A stretch of 64,000 nucleotides of DNA from Bdellovibrionota bacterium (GTDB lineage Bacteria; Bdellovibrionota; UBA1018; CAIPTA01; JAALKR01), in assembly GCA_965207455.1 (NCBI GenBank), contig CBDBMJ010000001.1, forward strand, positions 1,248,001 through 1,312,000. Reading direction: 5' to 3'. Shown here piece after piece: positions 48,290-58,763 of this stretch; position 1 is the stretch's first letter; each line of letters starts with the position of its first letter. The position numbers and the translations under genes are program-made. The notes under the pieces are model-generated. The model was not told where the DNA came from and made no database searches. It saw only the letters and a list, made by a program, of their open reading frames with translations.

Positions 48290-50380
48290 ATGTATCACTT
48301 TCTATTTTTCTTTAGAGCAATGTTTTTTCGAGTAAAGTCCATAATAGTACTGTTGTCCTCTATTTTTATACTGAGTGGCTGTAGCAACGGCATTGGCATT
48401 GATATTTTAGGGAGTTCGGTAAAGATACCGATTTTATCGCTTGTAACGGCAAGCCCGTCAAATGATGGAAATCCTATTTTTAAAGTAGAAAATCTAGAGG
48501 AAGATGGAATTGTAAGTATTTACTCTGATCCAGATTGTACGCAAGAGATTGAAATAGATTCAGACTCAATTACTTCTATTGGAACTGACGAAATAAGTTT
48601 AAATCTTTTCAATGAAATTTCTGGAGATGATGATTATTCTTACTATGCAAAACAGATAAAAGATGATGAGAGTTCCCCTTGTTCTTCTGGTGTCATATAT
48701 ACACTAGATACCATGGCTTCCGAACCTACGTTAGATTTGGCTCAAGGAACCGTCAGTCCATCAAGTAATAAAACACCTAGTTTTATGGTGTCTAATGTAG
48801 AAAATGGAGCATTGGTTAGTCTACACACAGATAGTAGTTGCAGCAGTGATTCAGTAGCATCAGACACATCTGATGGTGACTCTATTGTATTAAGAATAGA
48901 GACTGATCTAAGTGTCGATGGAACCTATACCTATTATGCAAAACAGGTGGATAGAGCTGGTAATATTTCTGGCTGCTCCAGTGCAGGTGTGGATTATGAA
49001 TTGAATACAGATCCATTGCTACCAAGGATAGAGTTGGCGCAAGGAACCGTCAGTCCATCAAATAGTAACACAGCACCTAGTTTTACTGTCTCTAATTTAG
49101 AAGATGGAGCATTGGTTAGTCTACACACAGATAGTAGTTGCAGCAGTGATTCAGTAGCATCAGGCACCGCCAGTGGTGGCTCTATTGTACTGACAATTAC
49201 TCTAATTAACGATGGAATCTATACTTATTATGCAAAGCAAGTGAATACAGAGAACAATATTTCTCCTTGCTCCAATGATGCAAGTTATACATTAGATAGA
49301 CAAAGACCTGTTGTACCCACGTTATCACTAGCAACATCTACTCCTTTTAATGATTCTACTCCAACGTTTAGTCTGGGAAATTTAGAGATTGGATCTAGTG
49401 TTGGATTATATTCTGACGATAGCTGCAACACTTTGGTGGAGACCACGAGTGCAGTAACAGAAGTGAGTATGGAAATAGCATTATCTACACCGTTGGCTAA
49501 TTATGGCATCTATTCTTATTTTGCAAAACAGGAGGATGGGGCTGGCAATGCCTCGGACTGCTCCAATGCGGTGATCTATGAATTTGTCAATACTAGTTTT
49601 AACTCCATTTGGCGTGTTGGAGACTCGGAATATGGAGATGGAAGTCTAAGTGTGACCCTTCCTCTAAGAGAGGGATATGAATACGATTTTACTGTTGATT
49701 GGGGTGATGGTTCTCAACTTCAAGCAGTTACTGCGTATAGTGCTACTATTACTCATGACTATGCAAATGCAGGAGACTACACAATTAAAATAACAGATCC
49801 AAAGTTTCCAGCTTGGTATTTTAATAATAAAGGAGATAAGAATAAAATTATTGAGGTAAAAAACTTTGGAATAGTGGGTTGGGAAAATTTGGAGCGTGCT
49901 TTTCATGGTTGCTCAAAACTTACTAAATTTACTGCAGGCACCACAGATACCTCTGGCGTAACGAGTATGTATAATATGTTTCGCAAGGCTTCGAGTTTAA
50001 CTGAACTTGATTTATCTAGTTTTAATACATCTAGTGTAACGAGTATGAGCAATATGTTTCGCGAGGCTTCGAGTTTAACTGAACTTGATTTATCTAGTTT
50101 TAACACCTCTAGTGTAATCACTATGACTAGTATGTTTACTAATGTTTCGAGTTTAATATCCCTTGATTTATCTAATTTTGATGTTTCCAATGTAACGGCT
50201 ATGGATAGTATGTTTTATGACACTCCCGATTTACTATCCCTTGATTTAAGAAGTTGGAACCCCAACAATGCGGTGAGTAAATATAATATATTTGGAAGCA
50301 CGAACGATTATAACAATTATCTTGTTATAAAATGTAGTGCTACCCCTATTTTGGGTAAAGCCTGCGCCGTATCGCAATAA
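48290..50380 (+). CDS. Surface lipoprotein: 4 Ig-like repeats + PKD-like domain + DUF285/BspA LRR
   Basis: Lipobox LSGC; about 97-aa repeats ending YYAKQ.D..GN.S.CS; DFTVDWGDG; 26-aa MF..ASSL..LDLS.F.TS.V repeats. Confidence 0.9.
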   Translation: MYHFLFFFRAMFFRVKSIIVLLSSIFILSGCSNGIGIDILGSSVKIPILSLVTASPSNDGNPIFKVENLEEDGIVSIYSDPDCTQEIEIDSDSITSIGTDEISLNLFNEISGDDDYSYYAKQIKDDESSPCSSGVIYTLDTMASEPTLDLAQGTVSPSSNKTPSFMVSNVENGALVSLHTDSSCSSDSVASDTSDGDSIVLRIETDLSVDGTYTYYAKQVDRAGNISGCSSAGVDYELNTDPLLPRIELAQGTVSPSNSNTAPSFTVSNLEDGALVSLHTDSSCSSDSVASGTASGGSIVLTITLINDGIYTYYAKQVNTENNISPCSNDASYTLDRQRPVVPTLSLATSTPFNDSTPTFSLGNLEIGSSVGLYSDDSCNTLVETTSAVTEVSMEIALSTPLANYGIYSYFAKQEDGAGNASDCSNAVIYEFVNTSFNSIWRVGDSEYGDGSLSVTLPLREGYEYDFTVDWGDGSQLQAVTAYSATITHDYANAGDYTIKITDPKFPAWYFNNKGDKNKIIEVKNFGIVGWENLERAFHGCSKLTKFTAGTTDTSGVTSMYNMFRKASSLTELDLSSFNTSSVTSMSNMFREASSLTELDLSSFNTSSVITMTSMFTNVSSLISLDLSNFDVSNVTAMDSMFYDTPDLLSLDLRSWNPNNAVSKYNIFGSTNDYNNYLVIKCSATPILGKACAVSQ

Positions 50381-50484
50381 GAGATCTCCTGACTTAATCT
50401 TTATGTAAAGAAAACTTTGTATTCAGCCGAAAGGAGTAATAACAAGTCAAGGGCAAAAAGACAAAAGCAAAAAAGTAAGGCTAA

Positions 50485-51324
50485 GTGATCCCTGTTTACT
50501 CCACAAGCCTAGAGAACTATATAATAGCTCCATATTTAGATAGTTGGCTCTGGGTCATTCCTGGTTTACTTTTTCTTTGGTATTTTAATCGTGCAAGACC
50601 TATCAATAATATTGGACTAGATGGTTGGAGATATTTTTTTGCTCTAGTATTTATTGGATCCATTACCTTTACTTTAGTCCAATACATCCCCTATAGAATT
50701 CTTCTAAATTCCTTACTTATTTTTTTCTTTATCTCTGTTGCACTCTTCTATGGGGCAAGATTTCACAGGATGAGACTCATCACTCAATTTCTTAATATAC
50801 TAATCTTGATAATCACATTTCCTTTACTTACTTACATACATCTCCAATATATCTCGGAATATATACCTGAAATGTACTATAAGAATAATCATCTATTCAA
50901 CATCTTTCTTGCATCTTTAACTTCGTTATTCCTTTCCCAAATCCTTAGTTATCCCCCTATTGCAAACTGGTTATTCCCACACATATCTGACCTACTACTA
51001 AAGAAATGTGTGGAAATGGACAATAGTAAAGATCAAGAAGATAAAATTGCAATAATTACATTGGAGAACAATAAAGCTTATATTGCTTGGCTTTCAGAAT
51101 TTTTTGAAAAAGAAAATTTAGATATTGAAAAGCAAATCATAACAATTATACCCATAATGAGTGGTTATCGAAAGGGAGAAGATCAGAAAATCAGGTGGAA
51201 TGTGAAGTATCCCATAGATAAAGATGAAGATCCTAATAAATCTATCTCTCTATTAATACCCAGATCTGAAATAGTGACATTTTCTAAGTTTAATGAAAAT
51301 TTTCATGCTTCTGAAAACTCCTAA
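50485..51324 (+). CDS. Hypothetical membrane protein with a C-terminal soluble domain
   Basis: About 5 TM, then ITLENNKAYI...IPIMSGYR...LLIPRSEI. Confidence 0.75.
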   Translation: MIPVYSTSLENYIIAPYLDSWLWVIPGLLFLWYFNRARPINNIGLDGWRYFFALVFIGSITFTLVQYIPYRILLNSLLIFFFISVALFYGARFHRMRLITQFLNILILIITFPLLTYIHLQYISEYIPEMYYKNNHLFNIFLASLTSLFLSQILSYPPIANWLFPHISDLLLKKCVEMDNSKDQEDKIAIITLENNKAYIAWLSEFFEKENLDIEKQIITIIPIMSGYRKGEDQKIRWNVKYPIDKDEDPNKSISLLIPRSEIVTFSKFNENFHASENS

Positions 51325-51543
51325 GGCTAAATAGTTTTTATTTTTCTTTCTGCAACCTATACACAAACAAATATCGCAAATAGATCCGGGCCACATTTTG
51401 CTGCTTTATTTTTGATCAAAACGCCTGATTATTTTTCATACACAGTATCAGAACTCAAACTAAGAATTTTTCAACACTATTTCTTGTATTTATTTTTTCT
51501 TTGACACGAATTCTCTCCGTTTCACAAATTTTGCAACAAAAAG

Positions 51544-51570
51544 TTAAGACAATTCTAAATTGTTCCGAAA
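51544..51570 (+). promoter_or_regulatory. Sigma28/FliA-like promoter
   Basis: TTAAG-N16-CCGAAA upstream of RBS aaggagg and ATG 51625. Confidence 0.6.
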
Positions 51571-51624
51571 CATTGTATAGCTAACAAATTATTGGATTTG
51601 AAAAATAACAAGGAGGTATTTTAA

Positions 51625-53932
51625 ATGAGTTCATCTAAAATAAGTTTTTTACAGCGAAATATACATATCATAATGGTGCTGTTTTTCGTGACTGCACTGA
51701 GTGGCTGCAGCAGCGCCAGTGATACCTCAGAAGATTCCCTAAAAACACCAAGCTTATTGCTTGTAACTTCAAGCCCATCAAATGTGAAAAAGCCTACTTT
51801 CAAAGTAGAGAATGTAGAGAAAGATGGAACTATAAGTATTTACTCTGATCGAGATTGTACGCAAGAGATTGAAATAGATTCAGACTCAATTACTTCTATT
51901 GGAACTGACTTAATAAGGTTCAATATTTTAAATGAAATTTCTCCAGATGATAATTATTTTTATTATGCGAAACAGACAAATAATAGTGGCAAATCCTCTT
52001 CCTGTTCCTCTAGTGTTTCATATATACTAGATACTGTAGCCTCTCAGCCCACGTTAGCTTTAACAGAAGAAACATCGAGTCCCTCAGTAAATACAATGCC
52101 TAGTTTTCTTGTGTCTAATGTAGAAGATAGAGCAGTGGTTAGTTTACACACAGATCGTGTGTGTTCGGAGGCAAACAAAGTGGATTCAGGCACAGCTAGT
52201 GGTAACTCTATTACATTAGAAGCAACTGCTCTAAGTAGCGATGGAGTATATACCTATTATGCAAAACAGGAGGATAGCGCCCGCAATATCTCTGACTGCT
52301 CTAGTGCAGTGGAATATGAACTGGACAGAAATGTCCCTACACCAATGATAGGATTAACCCAAGAAACCGTCAGTCCGTCACAGAATACAACACCTAGTTT
52401 TTTTGTGTCTAATGTAGAAGATGGATCAATGGTTAGTTTACACACAGATAGTGAATGTTTGGAGGCAAACAAAGTGGATTCAGGCACAGCTAGTGGTAAC
52501 TCTATTACATTAGAAGCAACTGCTCTAAGTAGCGATGGAGTATATACCTATTATGCAAAACAGGAAGATAGCATTGGTAATTCTAGCTGCTCCGATTCTA
52601 TAAGTTATTCATTAGACACAATGGCTGCCGCACCTACTTTATTACTAGTAACATCTAGCTCTGCTGATAATCCTTTTCCAATTTTTAGTCTGGACAATTT
52701 AGAGATTGAAGGCACTGTTAGATTATATTCTGATGAAAGCTGCTCTACAATAGTACAAGATGAAGTTGAAATAACAGAAGAAAGAATGCAAATAACTCTA
52801 TCTATAGCTTTAACTGATGCTGGCACCTATTCTTATTACTCGAAACAAACAGATAAATCAGGGAATATTTCAACTTGTTCCACTCCTATATCTTATGAAT
52901 TTATCAGTAACAGTTTTATAACTGTTTGGCATGTTGGGAGCATGAGACATGGAGATAGAGACAATACCGTCACCCTTCCTCTAAGATCGGGGTATGAATA
53001 CGATTTTACTGTTAATTGGGGTGATGGCACTCAACTTCAAACATTTACTACTTATCGTGACATTACTCATAACTATCAAAATGCAGGAGAATACACAGTT
53101 ACAATAACAGGTCCAAAGTTTCCAGTTTGGTATTTTAATAATGATAATGATGGTATTTTAATAAGATAAAGAAAAAATTATTGAAGTAAAAAACCTTGGA
53201 ATAGTAGGTTGGAAAAATTTAAAGCGTGCTTTTGAGGGTTGCGTAAACCTCACTAAATTTACTGCTGGCAATACAGACACCTCGAATGTAGTGGCTACAG
53301 ATTCTATGTTTGGCCATACTTCGAATTTAACTGATCTTGACTTATCTGGTTTTGATACCTCTAATGTAACGAATATGAATTATATGTTTTCTAGCGCCAT
53401 AGGTTTAACTGAACTTGATTTATCTGGTTTTGATACCTCTAATGTAAAAACAATGAGAGATATGTTCAGTAGCACTCTAGAATTAGTTGAACTTGATTTA
53501 TCTAATTTTAATACCCTTAATGTAAAAGAGATGAATTCTATGTTTAATACTACTCCGAAATTAGTTTCCCTTAATTTGTCTAATTGGAACACCTCTAATG
53601 TAACAAAGATGCAGTATATGTTTAATCAGGCCTCGGGCTTAACTTCCCTTGATCTGTCTCATTTTGATACCTCTAATGTAACGAGTATGAAGAGTATGTT
53701 TCAGGAGGCTTCAGGTTTAAATTCCCTTGATTTATCTAATTGGAATACCTCTAGTTTAGAGAATATAGAGAATATGTTTCGTGATGCTACAGGTTTAAGA
53801 TCCCTTAATTTGTCTAATTGGAATATTCCTAATGTGGAAGGGGATACTACCAGAATCTTTGAGAACACCAGTTCTCTTGTGCTCACTTGTTCTATGGAGA
53901 GTTTTTTTGGGAAAACTTGCACCAGTAATTAG
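51625..53932 (+). pseudogene. Second Ig/PKD/DUF285 surface lipoprotein, frameshifted at about 53150
   Basis: ORFs 51625-53169 and 53291-53932 together are collinear with 48290-50380. A 14-nt duplication tggtattttaataa (53128-53141 and 53151-53164) breaks the frame. Confidence 0.88.
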
Positions 53933-53970
53933 CATTTGGATATAAAGCTCTGTATACCTCAAAACAAAGA

Positions 53971-54330
53971 CTAGTGCCTCTTATCCCGGCTCTTTATTTT
54001 AGCGGATTTTCCAAAGAGTTTGCGGAGGTAGTAAATACGCCCTTGACGAACTTTTCCTCTCGAAACCACCTCTATCTTGGTGACTTTCTTCGAGCACAAG
54101 GGATAGATAATTTCCACACCCACGCCACCAGAAATTTTTCGTACTGTAAAGGTGCGGCTAGTGCCTTTACCACTTAGGCGTAGGGCTACTCCTTCCACCA
54201 TTTGTATACGTTCCTTGGTGCCTTCCTGAATTTTTGCGTGCACTCGGATGGTATCTCCAGCACGAAATTGAGGGAGGTCCGAGCGTTTAAACTGTTCTTC
54301 CACTGAGGCTACTAATTTTGAAACATGCAT
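53971..54330 (-). CDS. rplS: 50S ribosomal protein L19
   Basis: FRAGDTIRVH, TFTVRKISGGVGVE, GKVRQGRIYYLR. Confidence 0.97.
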   Translation of the reverse strand: MHVSKLVASVEEQFKRSDLPQFRAGDTIRVHAKIQEGTKERIQMVEGVALRLSGKGTSRTFTVRKISGGVGVEIIYPLCSKKVTKIEVVSRGKVRQGRIYYLRKLFGKSAKIKSRDKRH

Positions 54331-54349
54331 ATTGTCTTACTCCTTCTTA

Positions 54350-54973
54350 TTACTCTCTGTTTTCTCTCTCACCCACTTGCTCACCCGCTTGTTCACCCAG
54401 TAAGCGATCTAAGGTGATCGCAACAGCTGACCGTACAGATAAATGTAAATACTCAGTTTCCCTCTCTGGACGCAAAGGCGGTAGCACCGCATCTGCCTTT
54501 CTGAGAAGGTCACTTTCTATACCCCAGCCCGTACCAAAAACCAATACTATGGGTTGGGAACTTTGCTGAAGCCGTACCTGTAGTTCTCTATACCTCATAA
54601 TTTTTATTTTTTCCACTGTACGTGCCGAAGTCATGACTAAAAAGGGGGCACACCCCCATTTTTCTTCAATCTGGTCCATGGCCTCTTGGAGCCAGGAGTG
54701 AATTTGAACCCTGGAGAGGGCCTCTGCGCGGTCCTGGTTGTAGCTTTTGCCCGCACTGGACTGCCAGTGGTCAATAATTCGCTTGGCTATATTTTGTTGC
54801 TCCCTATCTGGGTTAAGGAGAAAATAGCCAGACACCCCATACGTGCGACAAGCCCTTGAAATATCATGGATATCCAGATTTGTAATGGCTGTATTAATCA
54901 CCTGCCCCGATTTATTCAAAATGGAGTGGTGGAGGAGGCCCACATAGATGGGTGGGGAAAGTGGATCATTCAT
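54350..54973 (-). CDS. SPOUT-class RNA methyltransferase (TrmD-associated)
   Basis: YVGLLHH, TAITNLDIHDISRACRTYG, LVFGTGWG, YLHLSVRSAVAITLDRL. Confidence 0.88.
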   Translation of the reverse strand: MNDPLSPPIYVGLLHHSILNKSGQVINTAITNLDIHDISRACRTYGVSGYFLLNPDREQQNIAKRIIDHWQSSAGKSYNQDRAEALSRVQIHSWLQEAMDQIEEKWGCAPFLVMTSARTVEKIKIMRYRELQVRLQQSSQPIVLVFGTGWGIESDLLRKADAVLPPLRPERETEYLHLSVRSAVAITLDRLLGEQAGEQVGERENRE

Positions 54974-55661
54974 GGTTTTCTTGTCTCTGTATGAGGTCCG
55001 GTCGCTTGGCCAGGGATTGTTTTTGGGACTCTTCCTTGCGCCAGTGTTCAATGCGGGCGTGGTCTCCCGAAAGCAAGACTTCGGGTACGCTCCGGTTGCG
55101 AAAAGTGGAGGGTCGTGTGTAGTGGGGATATTCCAGCAGGCCATTGGAAAAGCTCTCTTGGGCTAGGGAGTCTTTATTGCCCAAAGCACCTGGGAGGAGT
55201 CGAACTATAGCGTCCACTACTACCATGGCAGCCAGCTCTCCCCCGCTGAGAATGAAATCTCCAAGGCTTAGTTCCTCATCCACACAGTCCTCAATAAAAC
55301 GTTCATCCACTCCCTCATAATGTCCGCACACGATGATATAACGGGGTTCTCTTAGGTTCTCCACATGGGCTTGGTCTAGGGGCCTGCCCTTAGGGCTCAT
55401 CAGTAGTGTTGTGGCCCGTTTTTCAGGGCGACGTGCTTGGGCGAACTCCCAAGCCCGGAAAAGCACATCATACTTTAAAACCATACCTGCACCTCCGCCG
55501 TAAGGAGCATCGTCGACTGTTCCCCTAGCGTCGTCGCTAAAATCACGAAGGGAGTGGAGGTGGAAGGAAACCAGTTCCTTGCCAACAGCACGACCAATAA
55601 TACTTTCACTAAGCGGCTGGGAAAACATAGTGGGGAATAGGGTAATAATATCAATTTCCAT
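54966..55661 (-). CDS. trmD: tRNA (guanine37-N1)-methyltransferase
   Basis: VDDAPYGGGAGM, CGHYEGVDER, SLGDFILSGGE, LLEYPHYTRP. Confidence 0.97.
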   Translation of the reverse strand: MEIDIITLFPTMFSQPLSESIIGRAVGKELVSFHLHSLRDFSDDARGTVDDAPYGGGAGMVLKYDVLFRAWEFAQARRPEKRATTLLMSPKGRPLDQAHVENLREPRYIIVCGHYEGVDERFIEDCVDEELSLGDFILSGGELAAMVVVDAIVRLLPGALGNKDSLAQESFSNGLLEYPHYTRPSTFRNRSVPEVLLSGDHARIEHWRKEESQKQSLAKRPDLIQRQENHE

Positions 55662-55671
55662 CTCAGGCAAC

Positions 55672-56847
55672 TTAGTATGTCTTGGCCTTAGAGTCAACAG
55701 AGCAAACAGCAATCAGCAGGGCTAGGGCCACAATAAGACCAGAGGTGTATAGTGGCCAAGAAATTCCCAGTCGAATAAAAAGATAGCCTGCTATGGGTGG
55801 ACCCAGTATGCGAGCAAGGGATCCGCCGCTTTGGTAAATTCCCATATAGGCACCACTGTGTCCGGGAGGAGCTGCCTTCGACATTATACTCATCAAAGAG
55901 GGGTTGGTCACACTTTGTCCCACAGACAGGAGCAGGAGGAAGAAAACAAAAAAGGATATATCTGTTACAAATCCACTGCCCACCATTCCCAATATAAGGA
56001 GAATAAAGCCAGCAGTAATTAATTTTTGTTCTCCAAATTTTCTGGAGAGTTTACCTATGGCTCCCCCTTGAATCAGTGCCATCACGGTGCCCATCATGGC
56101 AAGGAGAAGCCCCGCACTTTTTGCATCGTAAAGGTAGCGCTCACTCACAAAAAAAGCAAAGCTCATTTCTAGTTGGGAAAACGCCAGGGTATTGAGGAAA
56201 AATAAGACGATAGGTAGAGATGTTTTTTTCAAACCCAGTGCTTTTTTTATCAAGGCAAAGCTAAAATGGCTGCGATTCTTCCGTCGTTCTTGGGAGTATA
56301 GGACTGTTTCTTCCAATACAAAGAAGGCAAAAATAGTGTTGCAAAGGATGAGGACTCCAGCCAGTAGCAAAGGCACGGAGTAACCGTAAGGGGCGAGTAA
56401 ACCTCCTATGGCAGGCCCAAAAACAAAACCTAAGCCAAAGCCTGCACCAATAATTCCCATACCCTTGGCTCGATTTTCTTCCGTGGTGCTATCTGCAATA
56501 TAGGCTGCTGCCGTGGAAATATTAGCGGCAAAAAAGCCGGTTACCAGTCGACAGAAAAAGATACTCCAAAAGGAGGCTGCGTATGCCATAACCAAAGTAC
56601 TTGCTCCCATACCCAGCAGGGAAATAAGAAGTATGGGTTTTCTTCCATAGCGATCCGACAAGCTTCCCCAAACAGGTGCCATAAGAAATTGCATAATGGA
56701 ATAAATTGCCATTACCCAACTCCAGCCAAACGCATCAGAGCCAAAGCTTTTTGTATAGTAAGGAAGTATGGGGATGACAATGCCAAAGGCAAGGAGATCG
56801 AAGAATACGATGAGGAAAATGACGAGAAGGGATTTCTTATTATCCAT
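55672..56847 (-). CDS. MFS transporter, DHA1/TetA-like
   Basis: WGSLSDRYGRKP, AYIAD, GFVFGPAIGG; 12 TM. Confidence 0.92.
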   Translation of the reverse strand: MDNKKSLLVIFLIVFFDLLAFGIVIPILPYYTKSFGSDAFGWSWVMAIYSIMQFLMAPVWGSLSDRYGRKPILLISLLGMGASTLVMAYAASFWSIFFCRLVTGFFAANISTAAAYIADSTTEENRAKGMGIIGAGFGLGFVFGPAIGGLLAPYGYSVPLLLAGVLILCNTIFAFFVLEETVLYSQERRKNRSHFSFALIKKALGLKKTSLPIVLFFLNTLAFSQLEMSFAFFVSERYLYDAKSAGLLLAMMGTVMALIQGGAIGKLSRKFGEQKLITAGFILLILGMVGSGFVTDISFFVFFLLLLSVGQSVTNPSLMSIMSKAAPPGHSGAYMGIYQSGGSLARILGPPIAGYLFIRLGISWPLYTSGLIVALALLIAVCSVDSKAKTY

Positions 56848-56922
56848 CGAAAATAAGCATATCTTTTTTTCTTGCTTTTTGGAATTTTATTCCTTATGAC
56901 TAGAGTTATGATTAGAAGAAGT

Positions 56923-57831
56923 ATGAACAAATTCTTATTATTATTTCTTATTTTTTGTAATGCGCTGATCTCCTCTCCATTCGCACTTGCCCAGTCCTCA
57001 ACCTCTCAACAAGCTATCCTAAAAATTGATAACCAAGAGTGGCGCATTACCTGGGGCAACGAAGTCATTAGACCCCAAGAAAATATACACAACATAGTGA
57101 TAATCAAAGGGCAGTTACGTTTTTTTGGAAGAGCCGACCGTATGGTTATCGCAGGTGGTAACGTTATTTTAGAGGATGGCTCCCATGTAAACGAGTCACT
57201 CGTCATCTTGGGTGGAAATTTGAAGAAAAGAAATGGTGCTTTTGTGACTGAGAACATACGCTTTGGCTCCCCTGACGATCTACCCGACTGGGTAGACTCC
57301 AGCGCCGCAAGACACATTATTACAGCCTCCAACTTAGACTTTGGCTTCTTCTTTATCTCCTTGCTAACATTGTTCCTGTACATACTGGGCTTGCTGCTGA
57401 TTCGATTTTTTCCAAGCTTCGTAAACCATGTGGAAAATAAACTCCTTGCCTTTCCCCTGCGTTCCTATTGCTACTCTATTTATTCTGTCCTATTATTTGT
57501 ACCCATCTTACTTATATTAGTAATCTCCATTCTAGGCATTTTCTTCATCCCTCTACTCTTTCTTATCTATTCGCTTATCTATTTATTTTCTATTCTCGCC
57601 TTGGCAAATTTTACAGGAAAACGCTTACCACCCAAAAAATTCCCTAATCCCTATCTTAGATTTTCCTATGGTTTCGTTGCAGTCCTACTAGTTTCTTCCA
57701 TACCCTATATCGGTCCACTAGCGATCATAATCATTGCTTTCGGTATAATGGGTGCCACCATGGGAGTGCTCCTAAAGAGCAAGTTTGGTCAACACCAGTT
57801 AAGCAACACACCTCCCAAGCAACTTAGCTAG
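56923..57831 (+). CDS. Membrane protein with an exported beta-helix (bactofilin-like) domain
   Basis: Signal peptide, VIAGGNV and LVILGGNL repeats, C-terminal TM bundle. Confidence 0.6.
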   Translation: MNKFLLLFLIFCNALISSPFALAQSSTSQQAILKIDNQEWRITWGNEVIRPQENIHNIVIIKGQLRFFGRADRMVIAGGNVILEDGSHVNESLVILGGNLKKRNGAFVTENIRFGSPDDLPDWVDSSAARHIITASNLDFGFFFISLLTLFLYILGLLLIRFFPSFVNHVENKLLAFPLRSYCYSIYSVLLFVPILLILVISILGIFFIPLLFLIYSLIYLFSILALANFTGKRLPPKKFPNPYLRFSYGFVAVLLVSSIPYIGPLAIIIIAFGIMGATMGVLLKSKFGQHQLSNTPPKQLS

Positions 57832-58210
57832 TGAACTTTGATTTCGTAAGAATAGTCTCCACCATCTGTATCAGATCTTTTATTTTTAACGGTTTTTCCA
57901 TATAGCCGGCAGCACCGCTGGAAAGTATTTGCTCTTTAGAATAATTAGAAAACCCCGTCATTAAAACAACAGGTGGCTGCTTAGAGGATAACTTTTTAAT
58001 ATTACTCAACAGCTCCATACCATTACCATGGGGCATGGAAATATCACTCACCACCAGATCCACGGAATTTTTTTTCAGCGCTTGAAGCGCTTCATCTCCA
58101 CTGTTTGCTGTGCGCACGTAATAATTAGCGGACTCCAACTGTGCCTTTACCACTTCACAGATATCCCAGCTATCATCCACAACGAGTATCAGTTTTTTGC
58201 TATCATCCAT
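57824..58210 (-). CDS. Single-domain response regulator
   Basis: LVVDD, VVSDISMP, MTG, EKP. Confidence 0.92.
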   Translation of the reverse strand: MDDSKKLILVVDDSWDICEVVKAQLESANYYVRTANSGDEALQALKKNSVDLVVSDISMPHGNGMELLSNIKKLSSKQPPVVLMTGFSNYSKEQILSSGAAGYMEKPLKIKDLIQMVETILTKSKFTS

Positions 58211-58310
58211 GAACGCTCCTTAGATTCCATGCTTCCTATCCATTATACTATTTTTCCCCAATCACCATCAATCTTCTTGCAATATTTCTTATTTAAACTA
58301 TACATTACTT

Positions 58311-58763
58311 ATGATGAAGGCAACATTTGCAGCAGGGTGTTTCTGGGGAGTGGAAGAGGCTTTTCGTATATTACCCGGTGTGGAAAATACCTCAGTTGGT
58401 TATACGGGTGGTACTACAGAAAATCCCACATACAAAGAGGTTTGCACAGGCAATACTGGTCACGCTGAAGCTATTCAAATTGAATTTAATTCTCACGTTA
58501 TTTCTTATGAGCAATTACTCAACACGTTTTGGGAAATCCACAACCCCAGCACAAAAGATCGACAAGGAGCAGATGTGGGACGACAATACCGTTCTGCCAT
58601 CTTCACCCACAATGAGGAACAAAAGTCCTTAGCCCATTCCACTATGAAAAAACAATCCTCTCGCTACAGCCAACCCATTGTTACGGAAATCACTCCCATG
58701 GCTTGCTTTTACCCAGCAGAGGAGTACCACCAGCAGTATATAGAAAAAGGAAACCGCACCTAG
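58311..58763 (+). CDS. msrA: Peptide-methionine (S)-S-oxide reductase
   Basis: AAGCFWGVE, GHAEA, QYRSAIF, AEEYHQQY. Confidence 0.95.
   Translation: MMKATFAAGCFWGVEEAFRILPGVENTSVGYTGGTTENPTYKEVCTGNTGHAEAIQIEFNSHVISYEQLLNTFWEIHNPSTKDRQGADVGRQYRSAIFTHNEEQKSLAHSTMKKQSSRYSQPIVTEITPMACFYPAEEYHQQYIEKGNRT

Noticed and set aside
48290..53932. Diversity-generating retroelement as the source of LRR variation
   Set aside because: No reverse transcriptase in the window and no template/variable pair differing only at adenines.
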